Origin: a virus
IMG/VR virus record: IMGVR_UViG_3300045988_092861
Location: 1 to 64,000 of that record
Length of the DNA stretch: 64,000 nt
Direction: 5' to 3' (one strand)
Every line of letters starts with the position of its first letter. The first letter of the stretch is position 1. Below the pieces are notes generated by a model. That model made no database searches and had not been told where the DNA came from. It saw nothing but the letters and a program-made list of their open reading frames with translations. The position numbers and the translations under genes were made by a program. Shown here piece by piece: positions 49,673-61,183 of this stretch.

Positions 49673-50383
49673 ATGGAAGAGTTAGGAATCATTATATCGA
49701 ATACGCTCACAGATATGCCTATAGGCTTTGATACTGAGCATACTCACGTTAATATCTACCCTACTACACTGGGCATGATGTACCTAACGTCGCAGTTGGT
49801 AGATAGCTTGGAGATAGACAAAGAGTTACTTCAAGTCGATCCTTTCTTGGAAGCATTGCGAGTTGCAAACACCAAAAGGGAGACATGCTGCAGATTGATT
49901 GCATATCACTCACTCAATACAAAGAAAGAAATACTAGATTCCAAATGTGTAAGTAAGCAGGTGGAGTTAATCTTCAAAGAATGTTCCAACGAGGATATAG
50001 CCACTCTCCTCATAATCATCCTTAAGGCTAACTCATACCAGACAATAGCAAAAGAGACTGGAATGGAAGAAGAAGCGAAACGTATGGCAAAAGTCAATGC
50101 AGCAAAGAAGTCAGAGAATAGCTTTATCTTCGGAGGCAAGACAATATGGGGAACACTCATAGATGCCGCTTGCGAAAGATACGGATGGACTTTCGATTAC
50201 GTGGTATGGGGAATATCGTATAACAACCTGACCCTCATGCTGAAAGATAAGGTTACATCCATATATCTGTCTGATGAGGAGAGGAAGAAAGCCCATATAC
50301 CAGCAGCAGGGGAAGAGGTCATCGATGGCAACAACAAGGAGGCTGTCATGAAGGCAGTGAAAGAGTCAGAGGCAGAGATTTAA
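49673..50383 (+). CDS. Tail assembly chaperone (putative, by position)
   Basis: First ATG of track ORF 49616-50383. The TTG-started extension overlaps the tRNA-like gene. Confidence 0.4.
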   Translation: MEELGIIISNTLTDMPIGFDTEHTHVNIYPTTLGMMYLTSQLVDSLEIDKELLQVDPFLEALRVANTKRETCCRLIAYHSLNTKKEILDSKCVSKQVELIFKECSNEDIATLLIIILKANSYQTIAKETGMEEEAKRMAKVNAAKKSENSFIFGGKTIWGTLIDAACERYGWTFDYVVWGISYNNLTLMLKDKVTSIYLSDEERKKAHIPAAGEEVIDGNNKEAVMKAVKESEAEI

Positions 50384-50492
50384 CCGAACCCTACGCACGC
50401 ACGCGAGGAGTTCCGTTTTAGAACATTCAAATTTGGTGTTTCATCGGGATTTCTTTATAACAAAGTATAAATTCAAGGAAAAATAGAACATT

Positions 50493-53400
50493 ATGCCAAG
50501 CATAAAATTCGATACAATAGTCGAGACCTCTAAGGTAGTTTCTGGTTTTCGAGACATTCAGAACGCAGTTCATCAGACTGCCGAGAGGGTTGAGAAGGAC
50601 GGAAAGTCCATTGACGACATAATCTCGAAAATACAAAACAGCATGAACATTGCCATTGGCGGTTGGAGCATTGGCAAGTTCGTCAATCAGATGATGCAGG
50701 TCCGCGGTCAGTTCCAGCAGACAGAAATGGCTTTCAAGACAATGTTGCAGTCTGAGGAGAAAGCTGATGCGCTTATGAAGCAGTTGATCCGCACGGCAGC
50801 CGTCACACCTTTCGGGATTGAAGACGTTACAGAGGGAGCCAAGCAGCTCCTTGCGTTTAACGTAGCAGCCGAGGATGTCAACAAGACGCTTATCGGATTG
50901 GGAGACGTTGCTGCAGGTATGGGCCTGAACCTTAAAGACCTCGTGATGCTTTATGGCACCACCATCGCCAAGGGCAAGATGGACACGATGGACTTGTATC
51001 AGTTCCTCAACCGAGGTATTCCTATCGCAGACGAGATTGCAAAGGTTATGGGCCTTGACGTTACCAATGCTATCAAGGAGGTCCAGAAGCAAATCAAGGC
51101 TGGCAAGGTAACCAGCGACGTTTTCATCCAGGCAATGCAGAATATGTCTGCAGAGGGTAGTAAGTTCGGTGGATTGATGGAAGCTCAGTCTAAGACCATT
51201 ACCGGCCAGATAAGCAACATCAAGGACGCTATCGAGCAGATGTTCAACGAACTTGGTAAGTCTCAGGAGGGTGTCATCAATACCGGATTGGGAGTTGTTT
51301 CTACCCTCGTAGAGAACTGGAAGACTGTAGGAAAAGTTCTTATGACCGTTGTCGCTGCCTATGGAGCATACAAAGCTGCTGTTTTGGCAATGATTGCAAT
51401 ATCAAAGGCTCAAATAGCTTGGGAAAGTGCTAAAGCATTTATTTCTTTGGCACGTTCTATAACTTCCGCAAAGGATGCGATGGCGCTGTTCAACCTTGTT
51501 GCGTCATCTAATCCTTTGGGTCTTGTCTTGGGTGTAATTGCTGCTGGTGTTACCCTATTCGGATTATTCGGCGATAGTGCTGAAGATGCAGCAACCAAGA
51601 CCTCCAAGTTTACCGAGAGTGCAAATGAAGCATCAAGTAAGGTCGAGTCGTTAGTCTCCATTCTGAAGACTGCAAAGGAAGGCTCCAAGGTTTATAAGGA
51701 CACCATCAAGGAGCTGTCAAGCATATATAGCAACTATGGTATTACCATTGACAGGATCAAAGAAGATGAGAGTAATCTCGTTAGTGTTAAGCAGCAGGAG
51801 ATTGATAAGTCTAACGAGCTTATCGAGCAAATCAAGCTGGAGGCTACAGAGCGCAACAGAGCCAATGCAATCTCTAAGGCCAACGAAGAATACAACAACC
51901 GTGTTGATAGTGCTCAGCAAGCCCTTTTGGATAAGTTGAAGGATTATGGAACCTCCAGTAGTGGTATTGCGGTAGGCATACAGAACATCGTATCTGATTC
52001 GGTTATCAAGCAGTTTGATGAGTTGACACAGAAGATGTCTGGCTTGAATGAGCACTCCAAGGAGTATCAGACATATCTGAAACAATACAATCAGCTGGAA
52101 GCTTCTTTGATTTCAGAATCAGAAAATCTTGCTAATGCTTTTGGGTTTACAGGAGACAAGACAAGCGATGCCAGGAAGGCTTTGATAGGCTATCTCTATG
52201 AACTTCGAGCTGCAAAGAAGCTGCATACCGAGGAGGCTGATAATATCAACAAAGCTGCAGATGCTACTGAAGATTTCGGTAATAAGGCTACCTCAACCAA
52301 GAACAGGATAAACGCTTTGCAGAAGCAGCTCCAGGGTGCCGGTGAGGATGTACACGTTCTCTACAACCGTGTCAAGGAGTTCATGCAGAACTATTCCGAG
52401 AACAACATCAACTTCCACGTCAACTTCGATGCCAAGATACCATCGTGGATGCAGAATATGAATATTCCGGAACTGGGACGTTTAGGTAAGTACTTCTCTG
52501 CTTTGGCACGTGACCTTGCAAACAACAAGAAGTCTGGTGCGCTAGTCAATGGTAAATGGATGTCAACAAATGATATCGCTCAACGAGGATGGGATTATAC
52601 CAATGCAGCGAACACCAAGCAGACAAAAGCTGACGAAGAGGAAAAGCAGAAGCGTCGCGAAAAGGAAGAGGCAGAAGCAAACGCAAAGAAGAACGCTGCC
52701 AAAGCCAAGAAAGCCGCAGCCGATGCCAAGAAGCAGGCAGAAGACCGCAAGAAGGCCCAGGAGGAACTTAATGAGGACTTGAAGCAGCTGCAGCAGGAAA
52801 ACATCGACAATGATATATCTCAGATGCAGGAAGGCACGGAAAAGAAGCTTGCTCAAATCAAGAACGACTATGCCAAGCGCAAAGCCGAGATTGATAAGCA
52901 AGAAGCAGAGTTCAAGAAGAAAAACAAGGAAGCTGGCAAGAAAGTAACCCTTACCTCTGCTCAGTCCAATGCCCTCAATAAGGCCAGAGACCTCGCTACC
53001 CAAGAGTATAACAAGAAGCTTGATGAGGTCAACAGGGAAGCCCTCACCTCTATGCGTGACTACTTGAAGGAGTATGGCTCACTCTATCAGCAGAAGCAAG
53101 CCATTGCCGAGGAGTACGAGGAAAAGATTGCCAAGGCTCAGACGGAAGGCGAGAAGAAGACTCTCCAGCAGGAGAAGAAAAAAGCACTCGCCAACTTCGA
53201 CTACGAAAGCATCTCTATGGGCATTGACTGGAAGGGTCTGATGAGTGGTGTAGGTAATATGAGCAAGGAAATGCTCAAACCAATGCTTGAAAAGTTAGAT
53301 GCCTATACCAACACGGACAAATTTCAGCAAGCCGATACTCAGACACAACAGAAGGTTGTTGACCTCATGCAGGAGATTCGCACTTACCTCGGGACTGATC

Positions 53401-55355
53401 AGAATGCAACGTGGCAGAACCTTGCTGCATCCATCAGCAGTTTCAATCAGTCTGTTGCTGAGTACCAAAAGGCTGTTGAGGAAGAGAAGAGACAGAGTGA
53501 AAACTTCAAGTCCGCAAAGGCTCTCCATGACAAGGGCAGTATCTCCGACAAGGAACTTCAGCAGGCAAAGAAAGCTACTGATGATGCAAGTCAAGCGGTA
53601 GTTGATGCCAAAAACAAAATGAATACCTTCGGTATCAAGCTCAACTCAGCTACGGAAGCCGTTACGAACTATACTTCGGGGCTTACTGCTGCACTCAACA
53701 AGCTCGGAACGTGGAAAGGCAACGAAGGGTTCTCTGAGGTACAATCATCAGTAGGCAACATAGATGCTTTGAAGGGTGTTCTTGATGAATCTCTCTCCAC
53801 TATGGGCAACGGAGTAGCCAAGACGATGGGCGCAACCATATCGAAAGGTTTAGGAAGTGCTCTCGACACTATCGGAGGTGGAATAACCAATATGATGGGT
53901 AGTGCTCTCGGCTCAATCGTAGGAGTGGTGGCACAGATACCGAAACTCATCCTCAATCTCGCAAGTTCCATAAAGAGCTTCGTGACCGGTATTCTTGATT
54001 CGTTTACTCAGCTACTTCAATTCGAATGGCTATCAGATTTGGTTAACAGCATTCTTGCTTCCGTGGGAAATCTCATTGATGCCATCTTCGACCTTCCAGA
54101 AAACCTATTCAAGGCTCTTGAAAGCATTGTTGTTAATGGTGTTGGCGGTCTCTTAGATAACGTGTTAGGTCGTGTAGGTAACGTTCTCTCTCTCGGTGCA
54201 CTTTCTTCGAAAGGTCCATCTGATTGGTTCACCAACTCGAATGCAGCGAAGGTAAATCAACGCATATCGGAGTTAACGGATAGTAATGCGCGGTTGGATG
54301 ATTCCATCAATAGGCTGAGGAACACCATGGATAAGTCCTATGGTCAACAAACCAAGAAAGCCTATGAGGAAGCCAAAAGACAGCAACAGCAGAAGAATGA
54401 CAACCTTAAAGAGATTGCCAAGCAGAAAGCAAGCTATCATAGCTCCCATAAATCTTGGAATCACTATTGGAGTGGGTTCAGTAGTGATGAGATAAAGAAA
54501 ATCCAAGAAGCTATTGGCAAGGACTTCAATGGTGACATCTGGAGTTTGGATGAGAACGACATAAACACCATGTTAGGCTATGAGTGGTTCACTACTAAGA
54601 TACGCAGAACAGGTAAGATATACAAGGGGCGTTCCGCTTATGGAGAGGCAGTTCTTAAAGCCATGCAGGACTGGGGAGACTCAGCAGGCACGATGGATGA
54701 AATTACTGACGAGTTCAAGGAAGCCCTCACTCAGATTTCCTTTGACAGCATGAGAGATAGTTTTATCAGCAACCTCATGGACATGACCAAGAGTGCACAG
54801 GATTTCTCTGATGATTTCGCAGAAATGATGCAGAAAGCCCTCCTCTCCTACTCCATGGACGACCTCATTGAAGGCGACTTGAAGAAGCTTTATGATGATT
54901 GGGCAAAGGCAATCGATGATAAAGAAGGAAAGCTCACAGAAGCAGACATAGACGCATTCAACAAGCGTTACGATGATATAGTCCAGGAAGGCTTGAAGAG
55001 ACGTGACGAGTGGGCAAAAGTGACAGGCTACACTGGTTCTTCATCCTCATCACAGACCGCAACAAGCGGAGGATGGGCATCTATGGGGCAAGATACCGCC
55101 GATGAGCTGAATGGTCGCTTCACCGCCCTGCAGATTGCAGGAGAGTCTATCGCTCAGAACATGACTACCACCATATCACAGATGGAGAGCATCGTTACAC
55201 TCGGAATCTCAACCAATGGCGCAGTATTAGAGATTAGAAACATGATGATCATGACAAACAGCTACCTCGAAGACATCGTGAAGTATTCAAAGCTCACCTA
55301 TAATGACTTCGGAACAAAGCTGGATGACATGATCAGAAGATTAAAGGATATTTGA
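50493..55355 (+). CDS. Tape measure protein
   Basis: 1620 aa with long coiled-coil/KAE-rich segments, TM-like Gly/Ala-rich stretches, and the expected position. Confidence 0.85.
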   Translation: MPSIKFDTIVETSKVVSGFRDIQNAVHQTAERVEKDGKSIDDIISKIQNSMNIAIGGWSIGKFVNQMMQVRGQFQQTEMAFKTMLQSEEKADALMKQLIRTAAVTPFGIEDVTEGAKQLLAFNVAAEDVNKTLIGLGDVAAGMGLNLKDLVMLYGTTIAKGKMDTMDLYQFLNRGIPIADEIAKVMGLDVTNAIKEVQKQIKAGKVTSDVFIQAMQNMSAEGSKFGGLMEAQSKTITGQISNIKDAIEQMFNELGKSQEGVINTGLGVVSTLVENWKTVGKVLMTVVAAYGAYKAAVLAMIAISKAQIAWESAKAFISLARSITSAKDAMALFNLVASSNPLGLVLGVIAAGVTLFGLFGDSAEDAATKTSKFTESANEASSKVESLVSILKTAKEGSKVYKDTIKELSSIYSNYGITIDRIKEDESNLVSVKQQEIDKSNELIEQIKLEATERNRANAISKANEEYNNRVDSAQQALLDKLKDYGTSSSGIAVGIQNIVSDSVIKQFDELTQKMSGLNEHSKEYQTYLKQYNQLEASLISESENLANAFGFTGDKTSDARKALIGYLYELRAAKKLHTEEADNINKAADATEDFGNKATSTKNRINALQKQLQGAGEDVHVLYNRVKEFMQNYSENNINFHVNFDAKIPSWMQNMNIPELGRLGKYFSALARDLANNKKSGALVNGKWMSTNDIAQRGWDYTNAANTKQTKADEEEKQKRREKEEAEANAKKNAAKAKKAAADAKKQAEDRKKAQEELNEDLKQLQQENIDNDISQMQEGTEKKLAQIKNDYAKRKAEIDKQEAEFKKKNKEAGKKVTLTSAQSNALNKARDLATQEYNKKLDEVNREALTSMRDYLKEYGSLYQQKQAIAEEYEEKIAKAQTEGEKKTLQQEKKKALANFDYESISMGIDWKGLMSGVGNMSKEMLKPMLEKLDAYTNTDKFQQADTQTQQKVVDLMQEIRTYLGTDQNATWQNLAASISSFNQSVAEYQKAVEEEKRQSENFKSAKALHDKGSISDKELQQAKKATDDASQAVVDAKNKMNTFGIKLNSATEAVTNYTSGLTAALNKLGTWKGNEGFSEVQSSVGNIDALKGVLDESLSTMGNGVAKTMGATISKGLGSALDTIGGGITNMMGSALGSIVGVVAQIPKLILNLASSIKSFVTGILDSFTQLLQFEWLSDLVNSILASVGNLIDAIFDLPENLFKALESIVVNGVGGLLDNVLGRVGNVLSLGALSSKGPSDWFTNSNAAKVNQRISELTDSNARLDDSINRLRNTMDKSYGQQTKKAYEEAKRQQQQKNDNLKEIAKQKASYHSSHKSWNHYWSGFSSDEIKKIQEAIGKDFNGDIWSLDENDINTMLGYEWFTTKIRRTGKIYKGRSAYGEAVLKAMQDWGDSAGTMDEITDEFKEALTQISFDSMRDSFISNLMDMTKSAQDFSDDFAEMMQKALLSYSMDDLIEGDLKKLYDDWAKAIDDKEGKLTEADIDAFNKRYDDIVQEGLKRRDEWAKVTGYTGSSSSSQTATSGGWASMGQDTADELNGRFTALQIAGESIAQNMTTTISQMESIVTLGISTNGAVLEIRNMMIMTNSYLEDIVKYSKLTYNDFGTKLDDMIRRLKDI

Positions 55356-55456
55356 CCTCTATAGGCTTTTCGCTTGTCAACCCTTACAACTATACCAAAC
55401 AATAGCAAAAGCGGCTCACAGCGAAGCCTATGAGGTTATTTAATGATTAAATAGTT

Positions 55457-55912
55457 ATGCTTAATGGTCAACTTTATATAAATGGCAAGGATGCCTACCT
55501 TACATGGGGCATAATCTTAGATGAAACCGCCCTCAGCACGCTAATGACTCCTGCACCAAACAAGGAGTTCATCAGTAACAAGTATCGCTCAAAGGACGGC
55601 AAGTCGGTTATCAAGCACAATCCAAGACTGGATGAGAGGGAGATAACGCTGCCGTTCAATATGACCGCCAAGGACTCAGATATGTTTATGACGAACTATG
55701 CCAGTTTCTGCGAGGAGGTTCTTGCCAAGGGAGAGTTGGTTATCCGCACCCGATTCCAACCTAATGTGTGGTATAGGTGCATCTATCTCTCCTGCACACA
55801 GTTCAGTCAGTTCATTCGGGAAATGGCAAAGTTCAGTCTAAAGCTCAACGAGCCAGACCCAAGTGACAGAGGTGAAACAAGTAAATATATACAAGCTAAT
55901 GATTCAGATTAA
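55457..55912 (+). CDS. Distal tail protein-like (putative)
   Basis: 151 aa, directly after the tape-measure gene. Confidence 0.45.
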   Translation: MLNGQLYINGKDAYLTWGIILDETALSTLMTPAPNKEFISNKYRSKDGKSVIKHNPRLDEREITLPFNMTAKDSDMFMTNYASFCEEVLAKGELVIRTRFQPNVWYRCIYLSCTQFSQFIREMAKFSLKLNEPDPSDRGETSKYIQANDSD

Positions 55913-58900
55913 GAGAAACAACAAGGTATTCTTCACATTAGAGGACTTCGGTGAGGGTTCTAAGCTGTCATATCAGCTTATGGACCACCACTACATCATC
56001 TTGAAGTTCACTACGGCTACCCCTATCTATTTCGAGATTGGGGACTCCGTAGAGATTCCCGACTTCGGCTACTTTGAACTTACATCGTCATACTTCCCTA
56101 AGCACAACGATAGTGATGGCTACGACTACGAAATGCAGATGGATGCCTACTATATGTCTTGGAAGAATAAGATTTGCAAGTATCGCCCTCAGCACGGAGC
56201 CAACGAGACCTCCTTCAAACTCACCACAACGGTAGGCGTACACATGAACGTTATACTCGGCAACCTAAAGGCGATAGGTCTTACGTACAATGGCAAGGAA
56301 TTCTCTGTTGACTACACTACATACAACAACAAGGCTTTCGATGTTCAGAAGAGATTCTTGATTGAGTACGGCTCTATCAGTATTCTTGATGCTCTCAACT
56401 CCATCTGTTCCGAAGATGCGCTCAACTGCGAGTGGTGGATAGATGGCTCTATTATATACCTTGGATATTGCGAAATGGAAGGTCAGACAACATTCGAACA
56501 GGATGTTAATGTTCTGTCTATGTCCTATTCGGAATCTAAGTCAACTTATATTACGAGACTGTACGCATTCGGCTCAGATAGAAATATCCCGAAAGGATAT
56601 TTCACTGGTGCCGATGCGGACGTCACAACCGATGGTGTAGCTACCGATTACCTCATGCTACCTAACAAGGAAGTAGATAGTGATGGTTTCTACGTTAAGG
56701 ATGGCTACATAGAGAACGTGAATGTCGTGAAGAATGATAAGCAGGCTATCGAAGGTGTCGTGATGTTTGAGGACGAATATCCAAAGGTGGAAAGTGCTGT
56801 CAGCAGTATCAAGACCTATGATAGCACCGTTGATAACGAAGACGGAACGAAGACTACACAGACATTTTGGCAGGTCACTTCTACAGACTCTTTCACTAAT
56901 AGTTTCAAGGAGAGTTGGATAAAGAGTAACCTCACTTTAGGCATCAAGTTCACTAGCGGTGCTCTCATGGGCATGGTGTTCGATGTTAGCTTCAAAGTCA
57001 TTGACAAGGTTAACTACTTTGAGATTGTTGCTAATGACACTTACGGAAGAACTCTCCCCGATGGTGTCATGTGTCCGAAGGTTGGTGATAAGTACTTTCT
57101 GTTCAACTGGGATGCAACCAAGATTACAGATACGGACCTAATTCCTGCAGCTCAGTTGTCTCTGTTCGATAGAGCGAAGCAGTACTATCTGAAGACTATG
57201 ATCAGCAACGCAAACTTCACCTGCACGATGGATGGCGATAAGTTCTATAATAATGGGACATACGATTATCATCCTCTCGGTGAACAAGTAAAGCTGATTA
57301 ATGATATGTTTGCGCAGGTTGATGCTAAAGGCAAGCACTACCGAAACTCTCGTATCATCGGCATGGAGATACCTTTGGATATACCTTATGACCATCCTCA
57401 ATACATAGTTGGTGAAAAAGCAGCAACAAGTCGATTGGGTAAGTTGGAAGATAAGGTAGACTCTATCACGGTAAACGGAACGCAGATAGGAGGTATAGGG
57501 AGTGGTAATGGCAGAGGTGTCTATGTCATTGGTATGAATGACTCAACACCTCCTACAGACAGTAATGTTCTATCAGCAAGAAAGTCCATTAGTTATTTCG
57601 TTTCCAAGCTGTTTGATGATGTAGTAAAAGGACTGATTACTTTTAAACAGGGTATTAAGTTAGGTGCAGGAACCTTGTGGAAGATTACTTCGGACGGAGT
57701 AGCTTATCTTAAGAAACTGATAATAGACGGTGATGTAGAAGTTAATGGTAGCACAAAACTCGGCTTAAACGGCACAAATACCGAGTTCGGAGATTACGCT
57801 ACAGACTCGACAGGCGCACGAATTCAAGTAAAAGAAGATGGAACTTCAATAGCTGAGTTTGATTATATCACTATACGCCGTGCTGCTCAATTCCGAGATA
57901 TTACAATCCGTGAGCTTCGCCATATAGGTGGCGAGTTGGCGATAACTCCTGCTGCAATGGTATGTTCAAAGGTAGAAAGACTTAACTCTAACGGAGATGT
58001 AATAGCAGACGGAGATAATACAGAGCCATCCTCATTTAAATGCTATTTTGAAACTAAAGATAGCGATGAAGGAAGCAAAAAGGTGTTTAATTATTTTCGT
58101 CCGCTCGACCAGGCGAGATGTCAGCAGTTTGATATAGTGGCAGAAGGAAGCAAGAAAACGAGATATTATTGGCGACTTGTCACTTCTGTTGGTGAGGATT
58201 ATATTGTACTTTCTAATTTAGCTAATGGAGGTATGGATTCCCTAACTACCTCAGAGCCTTTAGTTGGAGATAATATCGTTCAGCTCGGTTATCAAGGTAG
58301 CGATGACCCAAACAGACAGTCAGCTATTATACTCTCATCTACATCAGATGATGCGCCAAGTCAGAAGATGTATCAGGGAATATCATCATTCTCCCTTGAT
58401 GGTTGTCTGGTTAAAGATGAGGGGTATGATGCGGCAACTGGGGTATTTCATTGCAATATCTATGGCGACAGCTTTATAGGTGGCAAGGAAGGCTATTTCA
58501 CCTACGATTCAAAGCAAAAAAAAGCAACATTCAAAGGTACAGTGAATTTCGAGAGTGATTCTACTTTGCCTGATGGCTCGTCAGTCAACGATATTGCGAA
58601 GAAGGATGATTTGCAGGATTTGAATATCAAGAGCGGTAATCTCTTGCGCAATACGTCATTCTGCGGCGACTATGAAAGTATTGATATATCCGAAGATACT
58701 GAAATCTCTGAGGATAAGGAAACGTTTTCAGAGAAACTGAAATATTGGACGATGGAGAATGCCCGTGTGATTGATACCGACGACTCTACAAGCGGAAAAG
58801 CAGTATGGATAGGTCACAAATTATCTCAGCAACTTGCCCAACCGTTATTGTCAGGTAAGGCATACGTGCTTTCCTTCAAGGGCAAGGGCACGACCGTAAA

Positions 58901-60359
58901 GGTAAGTGTCGGTGGCGAAACGTATGATGTAACCATGACTTCATCTTTCGAGCGATATGAGTTGCATATTACTTGCTCTGATGCAAAAGACGCTGTATTT
59001 GATATGGTTAGTACGAATTGTACTATCTGCGAAATCATGCTTTCGTATGGCACGATTGCCCCTGCTTGGTCTCCGTCCTATTCTGATAATGATAAGGCGA
59101 TGGCTGAGTTTCAGAATATAAAGTTCCTGACTGATGCCATTTCGCAAGGTTCTACAACCATCGATGGCGGCTTGGTTATGTCTCAGCAGTTTAAGGTAGG
59201 CAATTACCGAGACAAGAAGATGATTAAGGAAACTGGCGGTATGAGCGGCTACTACAACGATGACGATTCTCCTTTCCTTTGGGGTGGCGGAACGCTCGAA
59301 CAGGCTATCTACACTATTCAAAAGTACAAGGATAACCCAAATTACGAGCCTACTGCCGAGGAACTCAATAATCTCGCTAAATTCGTAGTCACACATGGCG
59401 GTAGAGCCATTCTTACCGACATCATACTGAGAGGTATTATCTACGCAGAAGGTGGAGTTATGAAGTCTATCAAGTCGCCTAATGGCAACTTTGAGATTGA
59501 TAATGAAGGAAATGCTAAGCTTAAAAAAGCAGTAGTGGAAAGTTTATCTTCTGTCGGCGGTTATTTTAAGGATGTGTCTGTCAGCGGAAATATCTATACA
59601 CCGTACACCGTCATCAACGACTCTAATAAGATGAAGTATGGCGAGTATGGATTGGATTGGATTGCATTGTACTTCAGGTTAAACTTGGAAGCAAGTGGTT
59701 TTAATGTTCAAGTCGAATTAAAAGAGGAGAAAAGAGATATTTTGATTGAGCTCCCTGAAGATGAAAAATATCTTGGAGCTGAGATTAATATACTGTGTAC
59801 TTATGGTTACTTAGGTGTAAAAAACGCGAGTTATCTTAGCAGTTACAACATTAATTCTGATATACAATTCGAGATTAAATATCCTATATTGTTTCAAGGT
59901 CAGACAATGAATTTAAAGTGTATCAAGGTAGCAGATAAAATTAGATGGATAGTCTTGCAGAATACCGACCTGATGTATAGCCGGTCTGTTCAGCCGAAAT
60001 TGATAGCTTTAGTTCAAACTAAGTATGACGCGTCTAAAAACGTCTATGAGTTCTTTAATTATTCAAGAGGATATGGTTTTTGGTATTCAGATTCTTTTGC
60101 CCGAATACTTTATGTAAGTACTGGTGTTCACGTTGTCAAATATGATAATATCCAACCTTCTGATATGGTAATCGAGCCTAATGTTGTAAATGGATTTATA
60201 AACTACACGGTTGATTCAGACAAAAAAGAAATTAAGTTTACCGTTTACGACTATAACCACAAACTCAGCGATAACGTAAAATTTGGCTTTAAGATTTACA
60301 ACATTTCAAGGATTGGCAACTATATCCCTTCTGCTGATGGGCAAAGCATTAACAATTAA
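55899..60359 (+). CDS. Large tail tip/baseplate (Tal-like) protein with C-terminal receptor-binding-type extensions
   Basis: 1486 aa from ATG 55899 (the track start 55863 is GTG). Assigned by synteny. Confidence 0.55.
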   Translation: MIQIKRNNKVFFTLEDFGEGSKLSYQLMDHHYIILKFTTATPIYFEIGDSVEIPDFGYFELTSSYFPKHNDSDGYDYEMQMDAYYMSWKNKICKYRPQHGANETSFKLTTTVGVHMNVILGNLKAIGLTYNGKEFSVDYTTYNNKAFDVQKRFLIEYGSISILDALNSICSEDALNCEWWIDGSIIYLGYCEMEGQTTFEQDVNVLSMSYSESKSTYITRLYAFGSDRNIPKGYFTGADADVTTDGVATDYLMLPNKEVDSDGFYVKDGYIENVNVVKNDKQAIEGVVMFEDEYPKVESAVSSIKTYDSTVDNEDGTKTTQTFWQVTSTDSFTNSFKESWIKSNLTLGIKFTSGALMGMVFDVSFKVIDKVNYFEIVANDTYGRTLPDGVMCPKVGDKYFLFNWDATKITDTDLIPAAQLSLFDRAKQYYLKTMISNANFTCTMDGDKFYNNGTYDYHPLGEQVKLINDMFAQVDAKGKHYRNSRIIGMEIPLDIPYDHPQYIVGEKAATSRLGKLEDKVDSITVNGTQIGGIGSGNGRGVYVIGMNDSTPPTDSNVLSARKSISYFVSKLFDDVVKGLITFKQGIKLGAGTLWKITSDGVAYLKKLIIDGDVEVNGSTKLGLNGTNTEFGDYATDSTGARIQVKEDGTSIAEFDYITIRRAAQFRDITIRELRHIGGELAITPAAMVCSKVERLNSNGDVIADGDNTEPSSFKCYFETKDSDEGSKKVFNYFRPLDQARCQQFDIVAEGSKKTRYYWRLVTSVGEDYIVLSNLANGGMDSLTTSEPLVGDNIVQLGYQGSDDPNRQSAIILSSTSDDAPSQKMYQGISSFSLDGCLVKDEGYDAATGVFHCNIYGDSFIGGKEGYFTYDSKQKKATFKGTVNFESDSTLPDGSSVNDIAKKDDLQDLNIKSGNLLRNTSFCGDYESIDISEDTEISEDKETFSEKLKYWTMENARVIDTDDSTSGKAVWIGHKLSQQLAQPLLSGKAYVLSFKGKGTTVKVSVGGETYDVTMTSSFERYELHITCSDAKDAVFDMVSTNCTICEIMLSYGTIAPAWSPSYSDNDKAMAEFQNIKFLTDAISQGSTTIDGGLVMSQQFKVGNYRDKKMIKETGGMSGYYNDDDSPFLWGGGTLEQAIYTIQKYKDNPNYEPTAEELNNLAKFVVTHGGRAILTDIILRGIIYAEGGVMKSIKSPNGNFEIDNEGNAKLKKAVVESLSSVGGYFKDVSVSGNIYTPYTVINDSNKMKYGEYGLDWIALYFRLNLEASGFNVQVELKEEKRDILIELPEDEKYLGAEINILCTYGYLGVKNASYLSSYNINSDIQFEIKYPILFQGQTMNLKCIKVADKIRWIVLQNTDLMYSRSVQPKLIALVQTKYDASKNVYEFFNYSRGYGFWYSDSFARILYVSTGVHVVKYDNIQPSDMVIEPNVVNGFINYTVDSDKKEIKFTVYDYNHKLSDNVKFGFKIYNISRIGNYIPSADGQSINN

Positions 60360-60371
60360 TAATAATTCAAT

Positions 60372-61181
60372 ATGGAACAATTAAACAAAACCCCAACTAC
60401 GGGTAAATTTGGCGACGTAGCAAAAGTGCTCGATACCAACTTTGGCTTGATTGTCACGAAGCTCATGGAACTGAGTGAGGCGAGCAAGGAGATGAACTGC
60501 GGTTTTTATTCATCAGTAACTGAGTTGAAAACGGCTTATCCTAACCCAGATAAGGGTATGATGGCTTATGTAGGCAGCGGTACTGACTATACCGTCTATC
60601 GTTGCAAGACTGATGGCACGTGGACTGCTACCAGCGAGACCTTCAAAGTGAATATCTCGGTAGATTTATCCACTTATGCCACTAAGGATGCACTGGCACA
60701 AGTCAAGGGTTCGGTAGATAGTCTGCTGCTGGGTGCGGTATATGGCGGTATCGCTGCAAGAACCACCAATCCTGGCACTCCAAAAACCAAGGTGTTCTAT
60801 CTGCCTACCGAGGTAGGTGAATATCCTAATTTTGGCAATCTCTCTGTAGCAGAGAATGAAATCGCCTTCCTCTATTACGATGGCACGAACTGGGCAAAGC
60901 AATCCGTCGATTTCTCATCCACTATCACTGAAATCAAGGAGAAAGCAACCAATGCTGCTATTGATGCAAGCAATGCGTTAAACAAGGCAGAGGCGGCAAA
61001 TAAAACGGCAGAGGCCAACAAAACGGCTTTGACTACTGCTACATCTGATATTTCTACGTTGAAGAAAAAAGTAGATGACATCCCTGCTACTATCACGAAG
61101 TTCGTGAGCATGTCGGAAGCAGCTTACGAAGCTTTGGAAAAAAAGGAAGCCGATACTTACTATATGCTTACGGAGGAATAG
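60372..61181 (+). CDS. Tail fibre-associated protein with coiled coil
   Basis: NAAIDASNALNKAEAANKTAEANKTALTTATSDISTLKKKVD. Confidence 0.45.
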   Translation: MEQLNKTPTTGKFGDVAKVLDTNFGLIVTKLMELSEASKEMNCGFYSSVTELKTAYPNPDKGMMAYVGSGTDYTVYRCKTDGTWTATSETFKVNISVDLSTYATKDALAQVKGSVDSLLLGAVYGGIAARTTNPGTPKTKVFYLPTEVGEYPNFGNLSVAENEIAFLYYDGTNWAKQSVDFSSTITEIKEKATNAAIDASNALNKAEAANKTAEANKTALTTATSDISTLKKKVDDIPATITKFVSMSEAAYEALEKKEADTYYMLTEE

Positions 61182-61183
61182 CC

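Noticed and set aside
50383-50492. Expected G/GT-type -1 frameshift ORF between the chaperone and tape-measure genes.
   Set aside because: No overlapping + strand ORF is listed and I saw no slippery heptamer. Either the chaperone is a single product or I cannot detect the signal by eye.
55361-55431. Imperfect long-range inverted repeat between the tape-measure and Dit-like genes (ATAGGC..TTCGCT / AGCGAA-GCCTAT).
   Set aside because: It is probably just an inter-cistronic stabiliser or terminator. It is a single occurrence with a bulge and nothing else distinctive.
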